From: Cytophagales bacterium
GTDB lineage: Bacteria > Bacteroidota > Bacteroidia > Cytophagales > Spirosomataceae
Length of the DNA: 64,000 nucleotides
Direction of reading: 5' to 3'
Assembly: GCA_013298125.1 (NCBI GenBank)
Contig: JAAFJP010000033.1
Span: 152 to 64,151 of the forward strand
A program made the position numbers and the translations under genes. Position 1 is the stretch's first letter. The number at the start of each line of letters is the position of its first letter. The notes under the pieces are model-generated. The model did no database searches. It was not told the DNA's origin and worked only from the letters and a program-made list of their open reading frames with translations. Positions 1-9,446 of the stretch are shown one piece after another.

Positions 1-93
1 CGGAAACGGACACTTTTTATTTTTATGAATTATTTTAAAGTATTGATAATCAGATGTTTGAATTAGTTGGTACTGTGTTTGGAGTAGAATAGT

Positions 94-204
94 TAATTTT
101 CAATGCTCAATTTTCAATGTTCAATATTCAAGTTTCTTAAAAAACTGAAAGGGGAGCATTATTTACTTGAACATTGGACATTGAACATTGCTCATTGAAA
201 ATTA
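94..204. repeat. Long imperfect intergenic hairpin, 'caatgttcaa' word family (copy A1)
   Basis: Left arm taattttcaatgctcaattttcaatgttcaatattcaagt (94-133) is mirrored by acttgaacattggacattgaacattgctcattgaaaatta (165-204). The loop is about 30 nt. Confidence 0.85.
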
Positions 205-310
205 TAAAACTCACAATTTCCATTTATCCATGAGAGACAGCCGTTTATCCCAAACATTTTTTAATCAAAAATTATCATTCGTAACATTGAACTATCAAAT
301 TACAAACGCT

Positions 311-1777
311 ATGAATCGTTTTCCCTTATTTCTCTTATTAATTACCTGTTTGACTTTCCAATCGAAAGCCCAAAACGCTATTCAAGCTAATGGTAACGAA
401 ACCAAATTGAGCTTGCAAGAGGCTGTGAACATTGCTCAGAAAAATAATATTTCTGTAAAACAAAGCGAAAATCAAGTTTTGCTGAATAGTTTGCAATTGC
501 AACAATCCAAGTTTAATAAACTGCCCAATGCGAGTGGGAATGTCAATGAATTTTTTAATTTCGGACGTAGCCTTGACCCATTCACGAATACAAATATTGA
601 CCAGAACATCAACTATAATCAGTTAAATGTATCAGGAAATGTTATTATTTTTAATGGCTATCAATTAAAAAATACTATCGCTCAAAATGATATTCTCCTA
701 AAAGCTACGCAATTAGACTTACAGGCAATGAAAGAAAATATTGGTTTACAGGTAGCTCTGGCATATTTGAATATTATGAACGCAGAAGACCAATTGAGTA
801 TTTCTCAAACGCAAACCAATATTACTAAATTACAGATTGAGAGAACAGATAAATTAGTAAAGGCAGGGTCATTACCACAATCTAATCTTTTTGATTTGAA
901 GGCACAATTAGCTCAGGAAGAAACGACGGTAATCAACAATCAGAGTATCTTGGATTTAGCAAAATTGACACTTATCCAATTGTTGAACGATAAGAGTATT
1001 ATTGATGTAGCAGTCGATAGAATCTCTATCCCCACGCCTTCTACTACGGGTTATGAAGCCTCAATAGCGAAGGTCTATGAAGTGGCAGAAGCCAGCCAAC
1101 CCGTCATAAAAGCAGCTGATATGCGAATAAAAGGGGCTGACAAAGGTATAGAAATAGCCAGAGCAGGATTTTTGCCTGTTATTTCGGGAAGCGTCAGTGT
1201 GGGAGCGAATCAGTCGAATGCTCAAAAAGATATTGTTCTACAAGATGTTACAGCTACACGAGATTTGGGTACAGTCAATTTTCAAGGACAAAATATTCCT
1301 TTGGTTGTAACATCAACTTCTAAGGGAGTACCTATTAGAACTGATAATACAACCAACTACTTTACTCAACTTGGCAATACATTCAATTACGGTTTTGGTG
1401 TGAATGCAAATATCCCGATTTTTAGTAGATTTGCCAATAAAACAAACGTTTCAAGAGCCAAAATTCAAAAGGAAAATGCTAATTTGAACGCTCAACAAGC
1501 ACGTTTGACATTAAGACAAAATATCGAACAGGCTTATACGAACTTGACTAATGCCGCTAAAAGATTTGATGCTTTAACCATTCAAGTTGCTGCCTTAGAA
1601 GAATCATTCAGAGCTGCCGAAAGCCGTTTCAATGCAGGAGCAATAGATTTTGTGAGTTATAGTTTACAAAAAACAAATCTCGACAAAGCAAAAGGCAATC
1701 TCGTAGCCGCAAAATATGACTTTATTTTCAGAACTAAAATTTTAGACTTTTATCAAAATAAACCGCTTACCTTTTAA
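311..1777 (+). CDS. TolC-family outer-membrane efflux protein
   Basis: ORF 188-1777. A signal peptide MNRFPLFLLLITCLTFQSKAQ starts at ATG 311, and the 188-310 extension lies in the hairpin repeat. Composition is a two-fold repeated coiled/beta OEP-like pattern. An HlyD-type adaptor gene follows directly. Confidence 0.8.
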   Translation: MNRFPLFLLLITCLTFQSKAQNAIQANGNETKLSLQEAVNIAQKNNISVKQSENQVLLNSLQLQQSKFNKLPNASGNVNEFFNFGRSLDPFTNTNIDQNINYNQLNVSGNVIIFNGYQLKNTIAQNDILLKATQLDLQAMKENIGLQVALAYLNIMNAEDQLSISQTQTNITKLQIERTDKLVKAGSLPQSNLFDLKAQLAQEETTVINNQSILDLAKLTLIQLLNDKSIIDVAVDRISIPTPSTTGYEASIAKVYEVAEASQPVIKAADMRIKGADKGIEIARAGFLPVISGSVSVGANQSNAQKDIVLQDVTATRDLGTVNFQGQNIPLVVTSTSKGVPIRTDNTTNYFTQLGNTFNYGFGVNANIPIFSRFANKTNVSRAKIQKENANLNAQQARLTLRQNIEQAYTNLTNAAKRFDALTIQVAALEESFRAAESRFNAGAIDFVSYSLQKTNLDKAKGNLVAAKYDFIFRTKILDFYQNKPLTF

Positions 1778-1780
1778 ATA

Positions 1781-1870
1781 GTAGGCAGTTATCAGTTTTG
1801 CAGTAGGCAGTTTAAGAATATACTTATTGTCTTGCTCAAACTGCCTACTGCAAACTACTTACTGCAAACT
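1781..1870. repeat. Intergenic hairpin, 'gcagtaggcagt' word family (copy B1)
   Basis: cagttttgcagtaggcagttt (1793-1813) pairs with aaactgcctactgcaaactacttactgcaaact (1838-1870). It starts 3 nt after the TolC stop and ends 8 nt before the next ATG. Confidence 0.85.
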
Positions 1871-1878
1871 AAAAAAAA

Positions 1879-3258
1879 ATGGCAAAGAAATCTTCAAATA
1901 AAATCTGGTGGATACTCGGTGGAGTAGTAGTTCTTTTGGGCGGTGGCTTGGGCATTGCCAAGCAACAAGGCATGATTGGCAAAGAACCATCAACCGAGGT
2001 CGAATTTACGAAAGTTAAAAAGGTCGATATTATCGAACGAGTGTCAGCCTCTGGAAAAATTCAACCCGAGGTTGAAGTAAAACTTTCGCCAGACGTATCG
2101 GGTGAGATTGTAGGTTTGTATGTAACAGAAGGGGATTCTGTGCGTGCAGGACAACTTTTATTAAAGATTAAACCTGATAATTATGAATCACTTTTGGCTC
2201 GTGCAGAAGCACAAGTGAACTCAGCGAAGGCATCCGTTGAGCAGGCAAAATCTGGACAATCTCAGTCAGAATCTCGTTTGCTGAAAGCCAAAATTGACTA
2301 TGACCGTAATAAAAAATTGCACGATGATAAAGTGATTTCAGATGCTGATTTTGACCAGTTCAATTCACAATATTTAGTAGCGAAACAAGATGTAGAATCA
2401 GCCAAAGCTAACGTTTTGGCGGCAGAATTTAATGTAAAAAGTTCGGAAGCAGCCTTGAAAGAAGCACGAACAAATTTAACGAAAACTACCATTTACGCAC
2501 CTCAGAGTGGTACAATTTCAAAATTGAATGTGGAGTTAGGCGAGCGTGTTGTAGGAACATCTCAAATGGCTGGTACTGAGTTACTTAGAATTGCCAATTT
2601 GAATAAAATGGAGGTTCGAGTAAACGTAAATGAGAACGATATTACTCGTGTTTCGATGAATGATACCGTAATTATTGATGTGGACTCATACAGTTCTACG
2701 GGACGTAAATTCAAAGGCTTAGTCTATGAAATTGCGAGTTCCGCCAATGGTTCAAGTGGGTCTTCGGCAGCAGCAGCTATTTCAACGGATGCGGTTACGG
2801 AATTTGAGGTAAAAATTAGAATTTTGCGTTCGTCTTATTCAGATTTAATTGTAGGCAAACGTTCTTATCCGTTAAAGCCTGGTATGACGGCATCAGTAGA
2901 AATTGTTACCAATCGTAAATTAGGTGTTTTGTCTGTTCCGCTTGCATCAGTAACAACCCGTGACCCATCTATGAAAGATATGGGTGAGCCAAAAGAAGGG
3001 GAAGAGGATAATAAACAAGAACCTGAAAAAGTGATTAAGAAAGATAAAATCAAAGAGGTAGTTTTTGTGAAAGATAAAAACAACAAGGCAAAATTAGTTG
3101 AGGTAAAAACGGGTATTTCAGACTTTGAAAACATCGAAATCTTGTCAGGTTTGAAAGATGGAGAAGAAATTATCTCAGGACCATATATTACGGTTTCTAA
3201 GAAATTGAAAGAGGGTGAATTGGTAGAAAAGAAAAAAGTTGAAGAGAAAAAGAAGTAG
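1879..3258 (+). CDS. Efflux transporter periplasmic adaptor (HlyD/MacA-type membrane fusion protein)
   Basis: N-terminal TM anchor (IWWILGGVVVLLGGGLGIA), then biotinyl-lipoyl-like, long coiled-coil hairpin and beta-barrel order. It sits downstream of the TolC-like gene. Confidence 0.8.
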   Translation: MAKKSSNKIWWILGGVVVLLGGGLGIAKQQGMIGKEPSTEVEFTKVKKVDIIERVSASGKIQPEVEVKLSPDVSGEIVGLYVTEGDSVRAGQLLLKIKPDNYESLLARAEAQVNSAKASVEQAKSGQSQSESRLLKAKIDYDRNKKLHDDKVISDADFDQFNSQYLVAKQDVESAKANVLAAEFNVKSSEAALKEARTNLTKTTIYAPQSGTISKLNVELGERVVGTSQMAGTELLRIANLNKMEVRVNVNENDITRVSMNDTVIIDVDSYSSTGRKFKGLVYEIASSANGSSGSSAAAAISTDAVTEFEVKIRILRSSYSDLIVGKRSYPLKPGMTASVEIVTNRKLGVLSVPLASVTTRDPSMKDMGEPKEGEEDNKQEPEKVIKKDKIKEVVFVKDKNNKAKLVEVKTGISDFENIEILSGLKDGEEIISGPYITVSKKLKEGELVEKKKVEEKKK

Positions 3259-3302
3259 TAAATTCTTGCAAAACAATAAATTTAGTTTGGTTTAGGGTTT
3301 AT

Positions 3303-3340
3303 AAAAAAGCCGTCTCAGAGTATCTGGGGACGGCTTTTTT
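3303..3340. terminator. Bidirectional intrinsic terminator
   Basis: aaaaaagccgtc-tcagagtatctgg-gacggctttttt lies between convergent genes (stops at 3258 and 3360). A and T runs flank the stem on both sides. Confidence 0.8.
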
Positions 3341-3359
3341 GTTATGTTATGTATTAGGA

Positions 3360-3908
3360 CTATTTTTTCCCTTCGCCATACTGTTTGGGATAGACCTCTT
3401 TTTGGTACGCTTCCCAATTTCCTTTTTTATAGTGATTATCCCCAAAGAAAGTAATTACCTGATGAAATTGTTGGGCTTCCTGAAAACCAGGAACTGGCTG
3501 AATCATATTGAATTTTTCGTCTAAATAAACAATCGTCGGAAAGCTCATTTTTCCTTGTAAAAGTGCCACGCCAGCCTGATTATAGCCATTTTGCCAAATA
3601 TATTTTTGCGTACCAATCGTGATGGTATCTTTCATTTCAGCATCTAATTTTACGGCATAAAATTTTTCACTAACGAAACTCGCCACTTTTTCGTTCGGGA
3701 AAGTACGTTGGTCCATTACCTTACACCAACCACACCAGCCTGTATAAACATCCACCATGATTTTGCGGGGTTCTTTCTGAGTAGCGGCAAAGGCTTCTTC
3801 TAAGGTCATCCATTGGATTTTTTGCCCTGCGTGCGAGTTAGTAACTTGCGAATTGCCTGCGAAAGCAATTGAAAATGATAATATTAGGGTTAAGAATAAA
3901 GTTCTCAT
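3360..3908 (-). CDS. Secreted thioredoxin-fold protein (thioredoxin_7/DUF255-like)
   Basis: Signal peptide MRTLFLTLILSFSIAFA and a CGWC redox motif (YTGWCGWCKVM). Confidence 0.7.
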   Translation of the reverse strand: MRTLFLTLILSFSIAFAGNSQVTNSHAGQKIQWMTLEEAFAATQKEPRKIMVDVYTGWCGWCKVMDQRTFPNEKVASFVSEKFYAVKLDAEMKDTITIGTQKYIWQNGYNQAGVALLQGKMSFPTIVYLDEKFNMIQPVPGFQEAQQFHQVITFFGDNHYKKGNWEAYQKEVYPKQYGEGKK

Positions 3909-4091
3909 GAATATTAATGATTAAAAGCTAATTCGATGATAATAACGTAATTTCAAACAAAAATAATTCATTTTCCAATGATTAACCAATATTTCTATCA
4001 TTATCCCTCATTTTGAGATTGGGTAATGAAACGAAAACAAACTGAAAATAGTTAGTCTTGTATCAATTTATATGGATGGTAGCAATTAGTT

Positions 4092-4172
4092 AGTTTGCAG
4101 TATGCAGTCTTACCAAAACCAGATGAAGTTTTAATAATCATCCAAATTATCTATTACTGCCTACTGCAAACT
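4092..4172. repeat. Intergenic hairpin, 'gcagtaggcagt' word family (copy B2)
   Basis: agtttgcagtatgcagt (4092-4108) matches the reverse complement of actgcctactgcaaact (4156-4172) at 16 of 17 positions. It uses the same word as the 1781-1870 element. Confidence 0.8.
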
Positions 4173-4204
4173 GATCTTTACTGAATAATTAGACTAAACG
4201 ATTT

Positions 4205-5242
4205 ATGAAAATACTTCACCCCAAAAAAGATAAACTTGTCGAAGCCGAAGAAAACCGCAAGGATTTAGGTTTTGGTACACAAATAAGCGACCCCGACACC
4301 CGACTTCTTAACCGTGATGGCTCTTTCAATGTAAAGCGTGAAGGAGGAACATTTTGGAGTCGCCTCAATGTCTTCAATCGCCTAATGGTGTGTTCATGGG
4401 GGCGTTTTATTGCGTTGATTTTAGGATTTTACTTGACGTTAAACTTGATTTTTGCAGGTATTTATGAAATCGTTGGAGTCGAAAATCTACAAGGTGCAGA
4501 CCTTACTTCGCCCCAAAGTCGATTTATGGATGCCTTCTTTTTTTCATCTCAAACGCTTACTACCGTGGGTTATGGACGTATTGCTCCGATTGGTTTTTGG
4601 GCAAGTGCGGTAGCTGCCATTGAATCTTTGTTGGGACTTTTGATTTTTGCTTTAGCTACCAGTTTGCTTTACGGGCGTTTTTCTAAACCCGTTGCCCGAA
4701 TTTTGTATTCTCAAAATGCTGTTATTGCCCCCTATCTTGATGTCACGGGTTTCATGTTTCGGATTGTCAATGAAAGAGCTAATCAGTTGATTGACTTGCA
4801 GGTAGAAGTGGCGATGTCCATTCTCGAAGATCAGCCCGATGGAAGGAGAATAAGAAGGTATTATAGCTTAGAATTAGAAAGAAACAAAGTTAATTTTTTC
4901 CCCGCAAACTGGACGATTGTTCACCCCATCACTCAGGAAAGCCCCATGTTTGGTTTTGGACAGGAAGAGCTATTGAAACGAGATACTGAATTTTTGATTT
5001 TGATTAAAGCCACCGAAGACACTTTTAACCAAACAGTACATTCTCGTACCTCTTATCACGCACGAGAGATTGTGGCAGGGGCGAAGTTTTCTCCTATGGT
5101 TAGCGATACCATAGGAGCGGGAGTCGCATATCTTGATTTATCTAAATTGTCTGACTACCAAGACGTTACGCTTTCAAGTGAATACATTCCAGAAGTCAAA
5201 GAAAGTGACATTGGAAAACAGAGTGATTATTTTATTGGGTGA
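4205..5242 (+). CDS. Inward-rectifier-type potassium channel (KirBac-like)
   Basis: Two TM helices flank a pore loop with the K+ selectivity filter TTVGYG (SSQTLTTVGYGRIAP). A C-terminal cytoplasmic Ig-like domain region follows. Confidence 0.8.
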   Translation: MKILHPKKDKLVEAEENRKDLGFGTQISDPDTRLLNRDGSFNVKREGGTFWSRLNVFNRLMVCSWGRFIALILGFYLTLNLIFAGIYEIVGVENLQGADLTSPQSRFMDAFFFSSQTLTTVGYGRIAPIGFWASAVAAIESLLGLLIFALATSLLYGRFSKPVARILYSQNAVIAPYLDVTGFMFRIVNERANQLIDLQVEVAMSILEDQPDGRRIRRYYSLELERNKVNFFPANWTIVHPITQESPMFGFGQEELLKRDTEFLILIKATEDTFNQTVHSRTSYHAREIVAGAKFSPMVSDTIGAGVAYLDLSKLSDYQDVTLSSEYIPEVKESDIGKQSDYFIG

Positions 5243-5244
5243 TA

Positions 5245-5775
5245 CTAAACCGTCTCCCAATCGGCTTCTGGCAAATATTCTACCAAGCCCTTCTCGGTTT
5301 TACCAACGGCTACTCTTCCAGATTTTAGGTATTCCAAAATCTCCCAATTTTTCATGTATTGATAAAATTCAGCAATTTCAGCCTCCGTTCCATTTTTTTC
5401 AATCACCACATAATCCAAGCCCCAATGAACCACTTTGGCGTTCCAATCAAGGTTGATTTCTTTGATGTTTAGGGGCGTACCTCCGAGAGGTGTTGCCAAT
5501 TTGAAGAGAGCAATTTCATTGAAAACAATTTCGTGGTCTAAATACCCAAAAACCGCCAAAACATCCACTACTTTACGAATTTGACGAACCAATTTTTCAA
5601 CTGCCTCACGGCTTTCATGTCGCAATACGATTGTGAATCGAGAAACCCCCTTACGCTCTGTTTCACAAACAGTTAGCGATTCGATATTCAATCTTCGACG
5701 AGTAAAAATAATCGTGATTCGGTTCAATAAACCGATAGTATTAGTGGTAAATATGGATAATGTGTATGTTGTCAT
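5245..5775 (-). CDS. ilvN: Acetolactate synthase small (regulatory) subunit
   Basis: N-terminal ACT domain (LSIFTTNTIGLLNRITIIFTRRRLNIESLTV). The gene is in the ilvB/ilvD cluster. Confidence 0.85.
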   Translation of the reverse strand: MTTYTLSIFTTNTIGLLNRITIIFTRRRLNIESLTVCETERKGVSRFTIVLRHESREAVEKLVRQIRKVVDVLAVFGYLDHEIVFNEIALFKLATPLGGTPLNIKEINLDWNAKVVHWGLDYVVIEKNGTEAEIAEFYQYMKNWEILEYLKSGRVAVGKTEKGLVEYLPEADWETV

Positions 5776-5802
5776 TTTGAGTTTGGAATTTTGAGTTTGG
5801 AA
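5775..5802. repeat. Perfect 14-nt tandem duplication (ttttgagtttggaa x2)
   Basis: Unit 5775-5788 is repeated at 5789-5802, immediately upstream of the ilvN start codon on the minus strand. Confidence 0.9.
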
Positions 5803-5833
5803 TGCGGAGTTTTTACATTCCTTATCTAAAATA

Positions 5834-6217
5834 TTATTGTTTATCCCATTCAGAAGGTGAGTCTCCCCAAATTCTTTTCATTTCTTCATTTATTATATCA
5901 TCTTGGAAATCAGATAAATACATTTCATCAGAAACTAATTTGTAATGATTTACCACAGGAAACGGCTCATAAAAATGATGTAAAAGCTGTTTCCATTCTT
6001 GGTATTGTTCTGACTGCCTGAACCCGATGGTATGGTCTTCGAGCGTTTCCCATTTTACTAAAAGGATATATTGAAATTCGTTTTCGAGACAATGTTGTAA
6101 TTCGTGACTGATGTAGCCTTTCATACTACTGATTATCTTTTCGGCTTTTCTGAATTCAGTTATAAAACTGTCTGATTTTGAGGGAATTATATTGAGAATT
6201 GCGACTTCCAGAATCAT
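5834..6217 (-). CDS. Antibiotic-biosynthesis-monooxygenase (ABM/Dabb) domain protein
   Basis: About 100-aa ferredoxin-like ABM pattern (ILEVAILNI...GYISHEL...VKWETLEDH) with an acidic C-terminal tail. It sits between ilvB and ilvN, with a 2-nt gap to the ilvB stop. Confidence 0.6.
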   Translation of the reverse strand: MILEVAILNIIPSKSDSFITEFRKAEKIISSMKGYISHELQHCLENEFQYILLVKWETLEDHTIGFRQSEQYQEWKQLLHHFYEPFPVVNHYKLVSDEMYLSDFQDDIINEEMKRIWGDSPSEWDKQ

Positions 6218-6219
6218 GT

Positions 6220-7962
6220 TTATTCAAGTCTGATACTCGCCACACTCATCCCCGCAGGAACCATTGGGAATACATTTTCCTCTTTTTCACAAACGATTTC
6301 TAATAAATACGGAGTCGTTGCGGCTAACATTTTATCTAATTCTGCCGATAATTCTGCACGGTCAGAAACCTTGTGGGCATCAATGCCAAAACCTTTTGTA
6401 ATGGCAATAAAATCAGGGTTTTGGAGTTCTACGAATGAATAACGATTATCGAAAAACAACTGTTGCCATTGACGAACCATTCCTAAGAAATTATTATTCA
6501 AAATGATGATTTTTACGGGCAAACCACTTTGGGCAATTGTCCCCAATTCTTGAATCGTCATCTGAAAACCACCGTCTCCGATTAAGGCTATTACCTCACG
6601 GTCTGGAGCTCCAACTTTCGCTCCAAAAGCGGCAGGAAGGGCAAATCCCATCGTGCCAGCACCACCCGAAGTGACTAAGGAATTGGGTTTCATGTACTCA
6701 TAATAACGATTGACAATCATCTGATGTTGTCCCACATCTGTAACCGTAACTGCCTCACCCTTAGTCTTTTTCGACAATAAAGCCACCGCTTCGCCCATCT
6801 TAATTTGGTCGCCATCGTGGAATAAATCACGCTTTGAAACCTTCTCAAATTCTATTTCATCGTACCTTTTAAATTCAGCGAGCCATTCAATATGTTTACG
6901 TTCTTTGACCAATGGCAGAAGTGCTTTCAACGCCTCTTTGGCATCTCCCACGACGGGAGCATTTGCCTTCACGTTTTTATTGATTTCGGCAGGGTCGATA
7001 TCGATGTGTACGATTTTGGCTTGGGTGATAAATTTCGATAAATCGCCTGTTACTCTATCATCAAAACGCATTCCGATGGCGATGATTAAGTCGGCTTCGT
7101 CCGTCAAAACATTTGCTCCATAATTGCCGTGCATTCCCAACCAACCGATATAATTTGGGTGATTGTGTGGCAAAGCCGACATTCCCAAGAGTGTTGTAGC
7201 TACTGGAATACCCGTTTTACGAGCAAATTCATCCAATTCTTCTTGGGCTTTGGCAATCAAAATCCCGTGTCCCGCAAAGATGTAGGGCTTTTGGGCAGCA
7301 TTAATCAATTTTGCCGCTTCCTCCACTTGCGATTGCTTCGGAATATACCTCGGACGATAGCTAACTATCTCACTACAAGGCTTATAGAAAAACGGCTTGG
7401 TCATAATATCCGCCTGTGCCGTGCGAGTAATATCCAACAAAACAGGACCTGGGCGACCCGATTCTGCGATATAAAATGCCTTTGCCATGATTTCTGGAAT
7501 CTCGTCAGCATCCGTGATTTGGTAGTTCCACTTGGTCACGGGCATCGACATTCCGATAATATCACACTCCTGAAAAGCATCCGTTCCCAAAAGATTCGCC
7601 TTTACCTGTCCGACCAAACAAACCATGGGCGTTGAGTCTAAAAGTGCATCGGCGATGGGAGTCATCAAATTAGTTGCCCCTGGTCCAGAAGTTACCATCG
7701 CAACCCCCGCCCGACCCGTCATGCGAGCGTAGCCTTGTGCAGCGTGTCCTGCACCTTGCTCGTGACGCACGAGAATGTGTTTGATACGGTCTTGATAGTC
7801 GTAGAGGGCATCGTAGGTAGGCATAATTGCCCCGCCAGGATACCCGAAAATAGTTTTTACATTATTTTCTACTAAACATTGCATGATTGCCTGAGCCCCC
7901 GATAAAAATTTGGGCGTTTCAGTCATGGGCATTTCTGCGGTCATGGTTTGTGTGTTTGCCAT
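6220..7962 (-). CDS. ilvB: Acetolactate synthase large (catalytic) subunit
   Basis: Full-length ThDP enzyme with the ThDP-binding motif GDGGFQMTIQELGT...NN. Typical AHAS N-terminus (GAQAIMQCLVENNVKTIFGYPGGAIMP). Confidence 0.95.
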   Translation of the reverse strand: MANTQTMTAEMPMTETPKFLSGAQAIMQCLVENNVKTIFGYPGGAIMPTYDALYDYQDRIKHILVRHEQGAGHAAQGYARMTGRAGVAMVTSGPGATNLMTPIADALLDSTPMVCLVGQVKANLLGTDAFQECDIIGMSMPVTKWNYQITDADEIPEIMAKAFYIAESGRPGPVLLDITRTAQADIMTKPFFYKPCSEIVSYRPRYIPKQSQVEEAAKLINAAQKPYIFAGHGILIAKAQEELDEFARKTGIPVATTLLGMSALPHNHPNYIGWLGMHGNYGANVLTDEADLIIAIGMRFDDRVTGDLSKFITQAKIVHIDIDPAEINKNVKANAPVVGDAKEALKALLPLVKERKHIEWLAEFKRYDEIEFEKVSKRDLFHDGDQIKMGEAVALLSKKTKGEAVTVTDVGQHQMIVNRYYEYMKPNSLVTSGGAGTMGFALPAAFGAKVGAPDREVIALIGDGGFQMTIQELGTIAQSGLPVKIIILNNNFLGMVRQWQQLFFDNRYSFVELQNPDFIAITKGFGIDAHKVSDRAELSAELDKMLAATTPYLLEIVCEKEENVFPMVPAGMSVASIRLE

Positions 7963-7973
7963 GTTTGTGTTTT

Positions 7974-8616
7974 TTATTCTTGTGATTTTGTTATTTCTTT
8001 CTTAAAACCAATTTCTTTACGATTATTTTCTGGATTCAGTAACTCGTTCAAAACTTGGTGAATGTCATCAATTTGTCCATCATATTTTGATTCTATTTGT
8101 TCAATTTTTTCTTTCAAATCTTTATACCCAAAAGCATATTGACGAATGGCTACAAATGTTCTCATAATAGCAATATTTACCTGCACCGCTTTCATCAATT
8201 TGTCCATCATATTTTGATTCTATTTGTTCAATTTTTTCTTTCAAATCTTTATACCCAAAAGCATATTGACGAATGGCTACAAATGTTCTCATAATAGCAA
8301 TATTTACCTGCACCGCTTTCTCACTTCTGAGTACACTTGAAAGCATGGCAACGCCTTGTTCAGTGAAGACATAAGGTAGTTTTCTTACACCTCCATAATT
8401 GGACAAACTTGATGTCACAAATTGTGACTTCAAGTTTATGTACTCATTATCAGTTAGTTGAAACATAAAGTCTTCTGGAAATCTTGTACTATTCCGTTTT
8501 ACCCCTTGATTCAAAACCTTGGTTTCTACTTCATAAAGTTCTGCTAAATCACTGTCTAACATTACTTTTTGTCCTCTAATTTCATAGATTTTATTCTGAA
8601 TAATCTGTAACTCCAT
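7974..8616 (-). pseudogene. ORF6N-domain (KilA-N-related) protein gene disrupted by a 127-bp tandem duplication
   Basis: ORF 8122-8616 starts with a typical ORF6N N-terminus ([46 protein letters not shown]). ORF 7974-8210 repeats the peptide [41 protein letters not shown] and carries the C-terminus. The two are out of frame because of the duplication. Confidence 0.8.
8065..8318. repeat. Perfect 127-bp direct tandem duplication (2 copies)
   Basis: Copy 1 at 8065-8191 and copy 2 at 8192-8318 read identical by eye. 127 is not a multiple of 3. Confidence 0.9.
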
Positions 8617-8746
8617 TTGTGGTTAATTTTTAGTGGATTAAATTGTATTTCTTTGAGGTCACAAATTGTGACCTCATTTGTAAAGCATTTCAGGCTATAT
8701 TTTTGTACAGTTTTGAAATATTTGATATGATTATTTCAAGAATTCT

Positions 8747-9409
8747 CTATCTTGGTGATTCAACCTCTGGTCTTGGATTATTGATGATGAATTGTAAGCC
8801 AAAATTGATAGGTAAATATGCTTTAGCATTAAATCCATTTTGTGAATTATTTATTCCTGCAAACCAAGTTTGTAAACCAAATCTTTGCTTAACATAATAC
8901 GTTATACCCACATTAAGCGAAAAATTTGAGAAAGATAATCCATTAAAAACCTCTGTTTCAGTATAATCACTACTATTTGATACCGATGTTTCAACATGAA
9001 TATTTGAATGATCTAACCAAAGAAATCCTAAATAATTAACTCCGACAAATGGCGTAAATCGAGTTTTTAAGAAATTATATTGTATTTCAGGTTTAATAAT
9101 GAAAGCCCAACTCTTTTGTGTGGAATAGTAGTCATTATTAGTATTTATTAAAAATCTTTCTAATTTAGTATAGCGAAAAGTCGTGTTTAATCCTATTGCG
9201 AATTTATCGCTCAAATAATAATGAGTTGATATTGGCAATTGAAAATTCATCAATTTATAATTCTCACTTAAACCTACAAAATTATTACCTGAATTATTGG
9301 CAAAACTATCCCACCCAACCGTAGGCGTAATAACCCAATCGCCCTTTTCAGTCTGTGAAAACCCTGATAATGAAATACTTAGTAAAATAATGGTGAGTGG
9401 CTTTTTCAT
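8747..9409 (-). CDS. Outer-membrane beta-barrel (porin-family/OMP_b-brl-like) protein
   Basis: Signal peptide MKKPLTIILLSISLSGFSQ, alternating amphipathic beta-strand pattern and aromatic-rich strand ends. Confidence 0.6.
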   Translation of the reverse strand: MKKPLTIILLSISLSGFSQTEKGDWVITPTVGWDSFANNSGNNFVGLSENYKLMNFQLPISTHYYLSDKFAIGLNTTFRYTKLERFLINTNNDYYSTQKSWAFIIKPEIQYNFLKTRFTPFVGVNYLGFLWLDHSNIHVETSVSNSSDYTETEVFNGLSFSNFSLNVGITYYVKQRFGLQTWFAGINNSQNGFNAKAYLPINFGLQFIINNPRPEVESPR

Positions 9410-9446
9410 TTTGTTGGTAGATTATTGGTTGAAAATGTACATTGAA

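Noticed and set aside
188-310. N-terminal 41-aa extension of the TolC-like ORF
   Set aside because: The extension is read through the right arm of the 94-204 hairpin and precedes a perfect signal peptide that starts at ATG 311. The longer start is an ORF-caller artefact.
7129-7635. 168-aa ORF on the + strand. The same reasoning applies to 6905-7123, 11109-11357, 14015-14551, 24455-24889, 26104-26529, 48847-49233 and 54699-55019.
   Set aside because: All lie antisense inside long genes with strong recognisable homology (ilvB, ilvD, GH97, the GNAT-like gene, GH140, cysD, gldE). Their compositions are odd and no family was recognised.
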